Positions 1-8,792 of a stretch of 35,407 bases of DNA are shown here, in pieces. A program made the position numbers and the translations under genes. Each line of letters begins with the position of its first letter. The stretch's first letter is position 1. Source of the DNA: Nitrosopumilus sp. (GTDB taxonomy: Archaea > Thermoproteota > Nitrososphaeria > Nitrososphaerales > Nitrosopumilaceae); NCBI GenBank assembly GCA_036013185.1, contig DASCQR010000040.1:1-35407 (forward strand), in the 5' to 3' direction. The notes under the pieces are model-generated. The model was not told the DNA's origin. It made no database searches and saw only the letters and a program-made list of their open reading frames with translations.

Positions 1-535
1 ATTTATCCATGTGAAGTTCTTCACCACCAACAATTGAAACTCCATCTAAAACATAGTAAGAATCATTTCTTGAGGTTAGATCTTTAATTCTATCAAGGTA
101 ATTTATCATAGTTCCAGTAGAAGTTTCATTCCAAACACAATAGAATGCTTTTACATCACTATTATTATCAAATGCTTCTTTGATTTGATCATATGTAGGA
201 TTAACACCTGGTTCGGTTTCTATTCGAATTGTTTGTCCTCCAGCCCATTCAATTGATTGAGCTAAACGAGTACTAAATTCACCATTTACAGGAATAATTA
301 CTTTATCGTCTTTTTTAATTAAATTTACAACAGAGCATTCAACAGCACCAGTACCAGATGCAGATAAACAAACAGCATCGCCTTGAGTATCAAAAACTTT
401 TTTTGTATTATTTACACATTCTTCATAAAGTTTTACAAAATCATCACTTCTATGATTGATAGATGGTTCAATCATTGCACGAGTAACACGTTCAGGAACA
501 TTCGTAGGTCCCGGTAACATTACTAAATATTCCAA
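1..535 (-). CDS. Class V PLP aminotransferase (alanine-glyoxylate/serine-pyruvate type), 3' end outside window
   Basis: Not in ORF track. Hand translation from TTG at 535 gives MEYLVMLPGPTNVPERVTRAM...HRS...SGTGAVE...NGEFS...NETSTG, typical of the family. Confidence 0.9.
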   Translation of the reverse strand, partial: MEYLVMLPGPTNVPERVTRAMIEPSINHRSDDFVKLYEECVNNTKKVFDTQGDAVCLSASGTGAVECSVVNLIKKDDKVIIPVNGEFSTRLAQSIEWAGGQTIRIETEPGVNPTYDQIKEAFDNNSDVKAFYCVWNETSTGTMINYLDRIKDLTSRNDSYYVLDGVSIVGGEELHMDK

Positions 536-574
536 AATATCTTCAAAAAACGTTAGCCTCAGGCTTATTTATAA

Positions 575-1069
575 TTAAAGAATTTCTAATCGATTTTTTG
601 CATCCAGATTTTCTAAAAGAATTTTTGTTCCATTTGGAACAAGATCATTCCATTTTTGATCGCTTTTAATCAGATTTCTTATTCGAGTCCCAGATAATTG
701 ATCCCTTTTTAAAAACGGAATTGAAATAACTTGAACTTCACGTTTGGAATATAGATGATTAGTTAAAGGATCATTAGAAAAAATAATATCAAATTTTGGT
801 ACGATCGAATCAATTTTTTCAACCCATTTTACATGGTTGTCTAAATCAGGAATAAAATAAATAGAAATTTTGTTTTTCATTGAATCGTTTATTGAAGATA
901 AAATCATTTGTTTTCGTTCTTCAACAGTAAAAGGATTGTTTTTTTCAATTGTTTTATTTGCACTGCCTAATCCTAACCATAATTTATCAACTTTAGTCAA
1001 TGCAAATTGCAATGCATCAAGATGACCCAAATGAAATGGCTGAAATCTTCCAATTAGTAATCCATTCAT
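575..1069 (-). CDS. nadM: Nicotinamide-nucleotide adenylyltransferase (archaeal NadM type)
   Basis: GRFQPFHLGH (HxGH), NPFT..ER and SGT.IR motifs. Confidence 0.93.
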   Translation of the reverse strand: MNGLLIGRFQPFHLGHLDALQFALTKVDKLWLGLGSANKTIEKNNPFTVEERKQMILSSINDSMKNKISIYFIPDLDNHVKWVEKIDSIVPKFDIIFSNDPLTNHLYSKREVQVISIPFLKRDQLSGTRIRNLIKSDQKWNDLVPNGTKILLENLDAKNRLEIL

Positions 1070-1131
1070 ATCAAATATAGGAAATTTCTTTTTTAAAAAA
1101 CTATCATAAGGAGTTATAATAAATAAAAAGT

Positions 1132-2157
1132 ATGAATTTCTTAAAAATTAATGGAGGACATGGTGAAGGCGGTGGACAAATTGTACGCTCAGCAATAACA
1201 TTATCATGTATTACAAATCAACCTATTCATTTAGAAAATATTAGGGTAAATAGAAAAAACAAAGGACTAAAACAACAACATCTTACAGCAATAAAGATCT
1301 TACAAAAAATATCAAATGCAAAAGTAATCGGAGATAAAATAGGATCAACAGAATTGAAATTTTTTCCAAATAAAATAGATAATCTGGAGATTATTGAAGA
1401 TGTTAAAACTGCAGGAAGTATTTCTTTGATTTTACAAGTTTTAATTCCTGCAGTATCTATCTCACAAAAAAAACTTAATTTAATTATTAAAGGAGGTACA
1501 GATGTACTTTGGAGTCCATCAATGAATTATACACAATATGTACTCAAGGAAGCATATTCTAGAATGGGGATAGAATTTGAAATGAAAATTAAAAAAAGAG
1601 GGTATTTTCCAAGAGGAGGTGGAGAAGTAGTAATAGAAGTATACCCATCAAAAATTAAATCCATTACTCTTTCTAAAAGAAAAAATAAAAAAATAAAAAT
1701 AAAATGTGTGTATTCACATATTCCAAAAAATATAATTCAAAAAAAAATTCAATTAATTAAAGAAAAAATAATTAAAAGTGGTTTTGAAGTTGACGTTGAA
1801 ATTAAAGAGGAGGAATCTATTGATTCTGGTGCATCTGTATTAATTTACAGCATTGATGAGAATTCAATAATTGGAATAGATGGATTATTTAATAAAAAAA
1901 CACAAAACTTTGATTTAGATTTTGATGAAATTTTTAATAACACACTTGGAATAGATAAAAAATTGGCAGACATGCTAGTAGTACCTGCAAGTTTAGGTAA
2001 AAATAAAACAAAATTAAAAGTCAAAGAAATTACAAAGCACTTAGAAACAAATCTATTTGTGACGTCGAAAATTACAGGTTGCAGATATGGGATTGGAAAA
2101 ATATCAAATGGTTTTGAAGTAATTATTGATGGGATGTCAAACCCCAGCATCAAGTAA
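1132..2157 (+). CDS. rtcA: RNA 3'-terminal phosphate cyclase
   Basis: GEGGGQIVRSA, GGTDV, RGYFPRGGG and the catalytic His in HLETN. Confidence 0.93.
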   Translation: MNFLKINGGHGEGGGQIVRSAITLSCITNQPIHLENIRVNRKNKGLKQQHLTAIKILQKISNAKVIGDKIGSTELKFFPNKIDNLEIIEDVKTAGSISLILQVLIPAVSISQKKLNLIIKGGTDVLWSPSMNYTQYVLKEAYSRMGIEFEMKIKKRGYFPRGGGEVVIEVYPSKIKSITLSKRKNKKIKIKCVYSHIPKNIIQKKIQLIKEKIIKSGFEVDVEIKEEESIDSGASVLIYSIDENSIIGIDGLFNKKTQNFDLDFDEIFNNTLGIDKKLADMLVVPASLGKNKTKLKVKEITKHLETNLFVTSKITGCRYGIGKISNGFEVIIDGMSNPSIK

Positions 2158-2634
2158 AGATGCAAAAAATAGAATTGCTAATGAAACAATTACTGTTATT
2201 TCACCAAGAATGATAATTTTTTTCCGTAATTGTTGTATTTCAGGTTCAGACATTTGATTTGACATAATCTTTTCTTCAACATCCTTACGAATTATTCTAA
2301 CATGTACTGCATATGTGATAATTAATACAACAACAAGTATAATTTTAATAATCAAAAATTGTCCATAACTTGTTTCGAAAAGAATATTTGGTTTTCCTAA
2401 AATCAAGTGAGAATTATACAAACCAGTTGCCATCATTATAATTAATGAGGGTACAGCAATTTTGTTAAATCGCTTTCCAACTCTAATCATTATTTGCATT
2501 CTTTCTTGAAGAGAATTAGTCATAGTTTTTAGAAGCGGGGAAAAAACAATTCCAATAAAAAGTGAACCGCCAACCCATATTGCAGCTGAAACTAGATGAA
2601 TCCAAGTTAGAATTGCTTGTTCTATTCCAGCCAT
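2137..2634 (-). CDS. CopD-family copper resistance/transport membrane protein
   Basis: WIHLVSAAIWVGG motif, four hydrophobic helices, YG..L..K motif. Confidence 0.7.
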   Translation of the reverse strand: MAGIEQAILTWIHLVSAAIWVGGSLFIGIVFSPLLKTMTNSLQERMQIMIRVGKRFNKIAVPSLIIMMATGLYNSHLILGKPNILFETSYGQFLIIKIILVVVLIITYAVHVRIIRKDVEEKIMSNQMSEPEIQQLRKKIIILGEITVIVSLAILFFASLLDAGV

Positions 2635-2715
2635 ATTTTATCACATATGATATCAAATATTATGTATTTGGATCTTGACAACGTTTTTTACTTGTAGATT
2701 AAAAATTATGTTGAA

Positions 2716-3204
2716 ATGAAACTTCAAAGTAGACTAACAGTTTATGCTGCAATAGTTGGAGTTTTAGGATTAATGGGGGGAATTGTTTACTATGCTAGTT
2801 TAGATAATGAATCACTTAATCAAGTAAATGTTGAATTGGCAGATGTTGTTTTAAGAGAAGTAGAAGATAATGAAGCAAAATTCATTGTTACATTTCTTAT
2901 AAAAAATCCAAGTGAAAAAATTTACGTGGTTCCAATAATTGAATACAAACTATATGGTAATGATGTGTTATTAGGTTCTGGAAAATATTCTACAGAAGAT
3001 GTTGCGTTACCTGGAAGAGCACAAATTTTTGCAGGTGGTGAAGTTCCTTTAAAAAATACATTTATTCTGGATAAATCTGAAATAAATTCAGAAATTTTTC
3101 AATCGATGATAAAAAATGAAATAACTGATTTTGTTGCTGAAGGTATCATTACTACTCAAAGTACGTGGAGTGTTGCAGAAAATGAATTCAGAACTGAAAA
3201 ATAA
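2716..3204 (+). CDS. Membrane-anchored hypothetical protein (LEA_2-like beta sandwich)
   Basis: N-terminal TM helix, then beta-rich domain with I.NPS...I.Y.L...G.G pattern. Confidence 0.6.
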   Translation: MKLQSRLTVYAAIVGVLGLMGGIVYYASLDNESLNQVNVELADVVLREVEDNEAKFIVTFLIKNPSEKIYVVPIIEYKLYGNDVLLGSGKYSTEDVALPGRAQIFAGGEVPLKNTFILDKSEINSEIFQSMIKNEITDFVAEGIITTQSTWSVAENEFRTEK

Positions 3205-3211
3205 TTAAAAG

Positions 3212-3285
3212 TGGGCCTAATGAGATTCGAACTCATGATCACTGCCATGTCGAGGCAGTATCCTAACCAGCTAGACTACAGGCCC
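3212..3285 (-). tRNA. tRNA-Val(GAC)
   Basis: Reverse complement folds as a cloverleaf: acceptor GGGCCTG/TAGGCCC, anticodon arm CTGCC-TC GAC AT-GGCAG, T arm ATGAG-TTCGAAT-CTCAT; CCA not encoded. Confidence 0.96.
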
Positions 3286-3367
3286 ATTGAAGTTCAAAGC
3301 AAGGTTCAGACATTATTAACGTTTAAGAAAAGAAAGGCTGAATAAAAAGAGATAACGAGTGTAAATA

Positions 3368-4072
3368 TTGAAAGAAAATTTTACTGATGAAGAAAAAAGA
3401 GGATTCTATAAGGCAATTTATTCACGAAGGGATGTCAGATCACACTTCATATCTAAACCAATTGAAAATGAAAAATTATCAAAGATTCTCCATGCTGCAC
3501 ATCATGCTCCATCTGTAGGATTTTCACAGCCTTGGAATTTTGTTTTAATTAAGGATCAAGCAACAAAAAAGAAAATTAAAGAATCATTTGATAAAGAAAG
3601 AGAGAAATCATCACAGATTGTAGAAGAACCAAAAAAATCAAAATATCTTTCATTCAAACTAGAAGGGATTTTAGAATCACCTGTTAATCTATGTGTAACA
3701 TATGATCCATCAAAATTTGGACCATTTGTTATTGGTAGATCCAGTATTCCAGAAGCAGGGCTATACAGTGTATGTTGTGCAATTCAAAATTTATGGTTGT
3801 CAGCAAGAACAGAAGGAATTGGACTAGGTTGGGTAAGCATTCTTTCAAATGAAATTCTAAAAGAAACTCTTGGATTACCAGAACATATAGTTCCTGTTGC
3901 ATATTTGTGTCTAGGTTATGTTAACGAATTTGCAGAGAAACCAGATCTTGAAACCGCACAGTGGTTACCAAGATTAAATCTAGAAGATGTTGTGTATTAT
4001 GAAAAATGGGATGAAAAAGAAAATACTAACTGGAAAGAAATTCAAGATTTAATTCAAACTAATCTTGATTAG
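3368..4072 (+). CDS. bluB: 5,6-dimethylbenzimidazole synthase
   Basis: RRDVRSHF, APSVGFSQPWNF, LKLEGILESP-like, YSVCCAIQNLWL and GWVSI signatures. Confidence 0.93.
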   Translation: MKENFTDEEKRGFYKAIYSRRDVRSHFISKPIENEKLSKILHAAHHAPSVGFSQPWNFVLIKDQATKKKIKESFDKEREKSSQIVEEPKKSKYLSFKLEGILESPVNLCVTYDPSKFGPFVIGRSSIPEAGLYSVCCAIQNLWLSARTEGIGLGWVSILSNEILKETLGLPEHIVPVAYLCLGYVNEFAEKPDLETAQWLPRLNLEDVVYYEKWDEKENTNWKEIQDLIQTNLD

Positions 4073-4074
4073 GC

Positions 4075-4081
4075 TTAAATA
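4075..4081 (+). promoter_or_regulatory. Probable TATA box of tRNA-Arg
   Basis: TTAAATA ending 21 nt before the mature tRNA 5' end. Confidence 0.5.
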
Positions 4082-4102
4082 ATTTAGAATATTTTTTCTG
4101 CT

Positions 4103-4196
4103 GGGCTTGTAGCGCAGAGTCAAATTTGACGCGCAACATGGATAGCGCAGTAGCCTCCTAAGTTACAGGTCGAGGGATCGAAGCCCTCCAAGCCCG
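4103..4196 (+). tRNA. tRNA-Arg(CCT) with 19-nt D-loop intron (4118-4136)
   Basis: Acceptor GGGCTTG/CAAGCCC, anticodon arm GTAGC-CT CCT AA-GTTAC, T arm GAGGG-ATCGAAG-CCCTC. Removing 4118-4136 gives a 75-nt tRNA. Confidence 0.92.
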
Positions 4197-4247
4197 TTTT
4201 ATTTAAAAAATTGTATGGATTAAATACAAAGAATAATTGAAAAAAAT

Positions 4248-4775
4248 GTGAAAATAGTAGTTATTTCAGGTAGTCCAAGAAAAACTGCCAATACACAAAT
4301 CATAATGAAATATGTTAATGAATATGCAAGTTCAAAAAATCCTGATACAAAATTTATTAATTTATCAGATGGAGAAATTGAATGTTACAGAGGAGATATA
4401 GAGTATAATGAAGCAACAAAAAAGGCTGCCAAAGACATAATGGATGCAGATATTTGGTTAATTGGTTCGCCGATTTACAACTCATTTTTTAGTTCTGCAT
4501 TAAAAAATCTCTTTGAATATGTTGATCATAGTAAAACTGAGGGGAAAGTTGCGGGTATGACAATTTTAGCTGCTGAAAATATTGGTTTTACTGATGTACA
4601 AACAATGATAACACAGTTGTTATCATATTTTGGAGTGATTACAAATCCAAAAGCTGTTTATCTTACTACAGAAATATTTACTGAAAATGAAATTTCAGAT
4701 GAAGGTGCAAAAGATAAATTAAAAGAAATGGTGGATGGAACATTAAAAATTGCATCCAAACTAAAAAAAGAATAA
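4248..4775 (+). CDS. NAD(P)H-dependent FMN reductase (flavodoxin-like)
   Basis: ISGSPRK..NT, GSPIYN and LKNLFE motifs. Confidence 0.88.
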   Translation: MKIVVISGSPRKTANTQIIMKYVNEYASSKNPDTKFINLSDGEIECYRGDIEYNEATKKAAKDIMDADIWLIGSPIYNSFFSSALKNLFEYVDHSKTEGKVAGMTILAAENIGFTDVQTMITQLLSYFGVITNPKAVYLTTEIFTENEISDEGAKDKLKEMVDGTLKIASKLKKE

Positions 4776-4841
4776 TGAAGGTATCAAAAGTAAAAATTAT
4801 GTGCATATTTTGTAAAAGTCAAATAGTATGATTGTAAATTA

Positions 4842-4967
4842 ATGACATTGAGTTTAAAAAAAGATCCAACTGAATTATGTTCTTGTAAATGTCATTATGG
4901 TGGTGCAATAAGTTGTCCCGATTGTAAAAAAAATCACGGCATTGTTACGTGTCATTGTAAAGATTGA
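4842..4967 (+). CDS. 41-aa Cys/His-rich metallothionein-like peptide
   Basis: Not in ORF track. MTLSLKKDPTELCSCKCHYGGAISCPDCKKNHGIVTCHCKD; 7 Cys and 3 His; fills the intergenic gap; alternative start TTG 4848. Confidence 0.72.
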   Translation: MTLSLKKDPTELCSCKCHYGGAISCPDCKKNHGIVTCHCKD

Positions 4968-4969
4968 AA

Positions 4970-5434
4970 TTATTTTCTTTTTGAAGATAAAAGTTTTAGA
5001 TTAGCTAGTTCTGTTTTTAATGATTCAATTTGAACAAGAGTCTTGAGATTTGAGATTTCTTGGTTTAATCGTTCAATTTCATCATCCTTTAGTTCTACAG
5101 ATGATTTTAAATCATTTAATTCTGCGGATAATTCATCTTGAATTTGTTTTATTTGTGCAAGATTAACTTGTTTAGGGATTTCTAGAACAGTTTGTGATCT
5201 ATTCAAGCTTTTTTTTTCATTTACTATATGTGTATGAGAATGTTTAGTTGTATAATCTACACTTCTTTGAGATATGAAGCAAGTAATTACCAAAAACCAC
5301 ATAATTGGAACTGCCATCATAAAGACAAAATTTAGAATTGGGGCAAAATCATAAAATGGTGGCCAAAGTCCAGTCAAAACTGAAGCAAATATTCCAGTAA
5401 CTATAGTTGCCATATGATTACGCCAATATCCCAT
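4970..5434 (-). CDS. Two-TM membrane protein with C-terminal coiled coil
   Basis: Start moved to ATG 5434 (MGYWRNH). Two hydrophobic segments, an HSHTH linker and a heptad-rich tail. Confidence 0.7.
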   Translation of the reverse strand: MGYWRNHMATIVTGIFASVLTGLWPPFYDFAPILNFVFMMAVPIMWFLVITCFISQRSVDYTTKHSHTHIVNEKKSLNRSQTVLEIPKQVNLAQIKQIQDELSAELNDLKSSVELKDDEIERLNQEISNLKTLVQIESLKTELANLKLLSSKRK

Positions 5435-5519
5435 AAATGAACTCAAAAATTCATTCTTTATAATAGTAATGCTGAAACTCATCAAATAATAGATTGAAAA
5501 ATAAAAAGGATCTCTGAAT

Positions 5520-5750
5520 TTATTGTGTTTCTTCAGAAGAACTGGAAACTTTAGGCATGTCAGATTGTAAGATTTGGATCTTTTGTAATAGTTCAGTTCT
5601 TAGATCCCTTGCAACCCTTCGTACGGTAGGTCTTGGAACACCTAGTTCATCAACCACTTTGGTGTAGATGTCTTGTTTGTCAGTTACTCCTTTGTCAAGA
5701 TAGGAATTAATTGCTTCTTTAATTATCGTGCTTTGGTTTGTACGATTCAA
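5520..5750 (-). CDS. Small helix-turn-helix protein
   Basis: VVDELGVPRPTVRRVARDL resembles an HTH. Confidence 0.65.
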   Translation of the reverse strand: MNRTNQSTIIKEAINSYLDKGVTDKQDIYTKVVDELGVPRPTVRRVARDLRTELLQKIQILQSDMPKVSSSSEETQ

Positions 5751-5973
5751 TATATCTAAATTCTAATCGATCTATATAACACTATAACTTTAAAATTTGA
5801 AAAAATAGAATATCAATGACGATTTATTTTTTTATAGAAAAATTATTCTTATTCCATTAATAGAGATTATTAAACAACTATTGTAAATTTTTTAAATTAA
5901 TCTAACAAAGTATGAAAATATTTCAAATGATTTATCAAAAAGACTTTTATGATAATTCAATCTGGAAAAATTT

Positions 5974-6450
5974 ATGACTGTTGCAAATATTGAAACTAAT
6001 CATGGAAAAATTTCATTTGAACTTTTACCTGACTTAGCACCTGAGACAGTTAGAAATTTTAAAAAATTAACTGAAGACGGATTTTATGACGGAACATTAT
6101 TTCACAGAATCATTCCTGGATTTATGATTCAAGGTGGAGATCCTAATACAAAAACAGATAACAAAGGTTCTTGGGGAATGGGAGGACCTGGTCATAATGT
6201 TAAAGCTGAATTTAGTCCAAGATCACATTTACGAGGAATTGTTTCTATGGCTAGAGCACAAGATCCAGACAGTGCAGGCTCACAATTCTTTATTGTTACA
6301 TCAGATAGTGTATTTTTAGATAGACAATATACTGTATTTGGACAGGTCAAAGAAGGAATGGATGTTGCAGATAAAATTGTGAACATGGAAAGAGACGGAA
6401 ATGACTGCCCATTAGAAAAAGTAGAAATGACAAAAGTTAGTTTAGAATAA
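5974..6450 (+). CDS. ppiA: Cyclophilin-type peptidyl-prolyl isomerase
   Basis: FYDGTLFHRIIPGFMIQGGDP, SMAR, AGSQFFI and YTVFG motifs. Confidence 0.95.
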   Translation: MTVANIETNHGKISFELLPDLAPETVRNFKKLTEDGFYDGTLFHRIIPGFMIQGGDPNTKTDNKGSWGMGGPGHNVKAEFSPRSHLRGIVSMARAQDPDSAGSQFFIVTSDSVFLDRQYTVFGQVKEGMDVADKIVNMERDGNDCPLEKVEMTKVSLE

Positions 6451-7356
6451 ATGAATCCAAGTATTATTTTAACAGTCGTAATTTTTAGTTTGATATTAGT
6501 TGTTCCAACTGTTAATGCACAATTATCAATAGGTCCTGAAGCAAAACAGGAATTAATTGAAGTTAAATTGAATCTTAAAGGAGAAATTAATGTGAAACAT
6601 GTAGCTAAATCTTCAAACATGCCAGCATCTCTTCCTTTATTTTCAGGTGAAATTTCAAATTTAATTATAAAAAATGAAGATGGAGAAGAAACTATATCTG
6701 GAATTGCAAATGACGGTAAGGGAAATCAATCTGTAGTGCTTTTACCATCAAAACAAAAAACAATAATAGAATATAATTTAGAAAACATAAATCTAAATAA
6801 TAATTTATTTAGCACTGAAATTTCATATCCTGAAAAATTTTCTGTGGTATTTGATGAATCAATTGAATTAATTTTCATTAATGGTAATTTGATATTTTTA
6901 GATGGGAAAAAAGGAATTTCAGTTAATGGGGGAGGGAATATCAATATTGAATATTATTCTAATCCAACAAAAATAATTGAAAAAATAGAATGGGAAGAAG
7001 ATAAATTTGATGTAGAAATTATTACAGATTCTAAGGTTGAAAAATTTAATTTTGAACAAACTTCAAAAAGTATGAGTTTTGAGATAAATGAAAAAAATAA
7101 ATTTTTCACATTGACTTTTTCAGAAGAATTGTTGGGAGGTCCATACATTGTGTTGTTAGATGATGAGAAAATCAAATATACAAAATATGATAGAGTAGAA
7201 AATATTACATCATTAAATGTTAAACCTGAATCAACAGGAGTAATTACAATTATTGGAACTACAGTAATTCCAGAATTTTCAATGTTTATTCCATTAATTA
7301 TGGGATTTTTGGTTGTTTTGACTGTTCCATTTATGAAAAAATTTAATCTCCACTAG
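6451..7356 (+). CDS. Secreted protein with PEFG-CTERM-type sorting signal
   Basis: Signal peptide (..VNA|Q); C-terminal IIGTTVIPEFS followed by a TM helix and KK. Confidence 0.8.
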   Translation: MNPSIILTVVIFSLILVVPTVNAQLSIGPEAKQELIEVKLNLKGEINVKHVAKSSNMPASLPLFSGEISNLIIKNEDGEETISGIANDGKGNQSVVLLPSKQKTIIEYNLENINLNNNLFSTEISYPEKFSVVFDESIELIFINGNLIFLDGKKGISVNGGGNINIEYYSNPTKIIEKIEWEEDKFDVEIITDSKVEKFNFEQTSKSMSFEINEKNKFFTLTFSEELLGGPYIVLLDDEKIKYTKYDRVENITSLNVKPESTGVITIIGTTVIPEFSMFIPLIMGFLVVLTVPFMKKFNLH

Positions 7357-7498
7357 ATCCACATGAACAAAAACCATATTCATCAATTCTAACATCACAT
7401 ACAAGGCATTTTTCGCCATATTCAACTTCCCATGGTTCTTTGCCAAAAAGTTTGAAATGATCGTCAATTTCTATTGGTACTTCGCGTTTTTTACCCAA
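7343..7498 (-). CDS. 51-aa zinc-finger microprotein (CxxC...CxC)
   Basis: Not in ORF track. TTG start; MGKKREVPIEIDDHFKLFGKEPWEVEYGEKCLVCDVRIDEYGFCSCGSSGD; overlaps the convergent gene end by 14 nt. Confidence 0.78.
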   Translation of the reverse strand: MGKKREVPIEIDDHFKLFGKEPWEVEYGEKCLVCDVRIDEYGFCSCGSSGD

Positions 7499-7546
7499 TG
7501 ATTTGTATAGATATAGAAACTATACATAGATTATCTGAGAAAAATT

Positions 7547-7738
7547 ATGAAAATAGAATGTGGTTGTCATTGTATAAAGTGTAAAAGCACAAATCTTGAA
7601 TCAAATAAGATTGGAATTACAGAAAAGGATGGGTATTTTGATATGCATCATACATGTCAACAATGTAAAACACATTTTGATCATTTAGATGGAGAAATTT
7701 TTTCTGATTGTTTAGAATGTAAGTATTCTTCTAACTAG
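7547..7738 (+). CDS. 63-aa Cys/His-rich zinc-binding protein
   Basis: CGCHCIKC, HHTCQQC..H..H and CLEC motifs. Confidence 0.78.
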   Translation: MKIECGCHCIKCKSTNLESNKIGITEKDGYFDMHHTCQQCKTHFDHLDGEIFSDCLECKYSSN

Positions 7739-8204
7739 ATAGGGGTAATTGTTCAATTGAATATTTTACTTGGTTTTCAGTTGAATTTTTAATGAATTTT
7801 TTGTTTAAAGCCATTTTTGCTAAAGCTTTAGAAACATCTAATGTGCTTGTAGCCCATCCATATTCTCTAAGTTGTTGAACAGTTTCACCAACTGTTCTTG
7901 GTGAATCAAAAAATTTGCTAGTTTCTAAAATTTTTAGTTTAGATAAAATTTCATTGCTTTGAATGTGTTTAGGTTCATTAAATTCAGGTTCGAATGTTTC
8001 TGCATCGTCTAAAGATTCTAAACCATGATCAATTTTGGTTGAAATTTGTTTTGAATCAGATTCATAGATAATTTTTGCCTGGTTTTCTGGCATATATTGA
8101 GAAATATTATCAATTATTTCGCCTAATGTTTTATTATCAACATAGAAATCTCTAGAATCGACTTCAATTTCATTCTCGCCTATTTTGAGTTTTATTCGTG
8201 CCAA
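7731..8204 (-). CDS. Hypothetical protein with putative C-terminal winged helix
   Basis: N-terminal beta hairpin (IKLKIGENEIEV); C-terminal FFDSPRTVGE...YGW...VSKAL. Confidence 0.6.
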   Translation of the reverse strand: MARIKLKIGENEIEVDSRDFYVDNKTLGEIIDNISQYMPENQAKIIYESDSKQISTKIDHGLESLDDAETFEPEFNEPKHIQSNEILSKLKILETSKFFDSPRTVGETVQQLREYGWATSTLDVSKALAKMALNKKFIKNSTENQVKYSIEQLPLSS

Positions 8205-8337
8205 TGTAAAGAATTAAGTTAATTTTGATTTATTGAGATAGCTCTAATGAGATTTAAGATTAAATCAAAAAATTTACACAAATAATTAGGATTTTTTATT
8301 AATTTTAGGTTAAAAGAAAATTTTTTGAGGGTTTACT

Positions 8338-8775
8338 ATGAAGTCATTTAAGAAAAAAAGTGTAATAATTGTATTTTTTTTATTAGTTAGTATTTTAGGA
8401 TATTCACAAATTCAATCTGCATCACAAATTTCAGTTAATCTTTCTGAAAATACATTCATTAATGAAAATAAATCAAATTATAAAATTGAATTAGAATTTG
8501 AAAATCCATCATTTTTAACGTTACCAGCAGGTGAAACCAAATTCTTTGTATTTTATGATGATGAAATAGTAGGAAAGGGTCATCTTGAATCCTTCACACT
8601 ATATCCAATTAGTAGTAGTTTGGTTGAAGGAACTTTTACAACAGATAGAGATTCGGATGAATCTAAATCTATAAAGATATCAGGGATAACAGAATATGAT
8701 TTATTGATTACAACTATACAAGTTCCATTTGATTACTATCCTACTGAAGAGCAAACAAGGAAATTTATACAATAA
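8338..8775 (+). CDS. Membrane-anchored/secreted hypothetical protein (LEA_2-like)
   Basis: Basic N-terminus, hydrophobic helix, and F.NPS...G.G pattern as in 2716..3204. Confidence 0.6.
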   Translation: MKSFKKKSVIIVFFLLVSILGYSQIQSASQISVNLSENTFINENKSNYKIELEFENPSFLTLPAGETKFFVFYDDEIVGKGHLESFTLYPISSSLVEGTFTTDRDSDESKSIKISGITEYDLLITTIQVPFDYYPTEEQTRKFIQ

Positions 8776-8792
8776 AATTAATTTTTTATCAA

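Noticed and set aside
3212-5750. Possible integrated element at the tRNA genes
   Set aside because: I saw no duplicated tRNA 3' end, integrase or compositional shift.
5751-5973. Longest intergenic gap as a possible ncRNA or origin
   Set aside because: Very AT-rich with no GC stem, box C/D pair or ORB-like repeat seen; two divergent promoters explain it.
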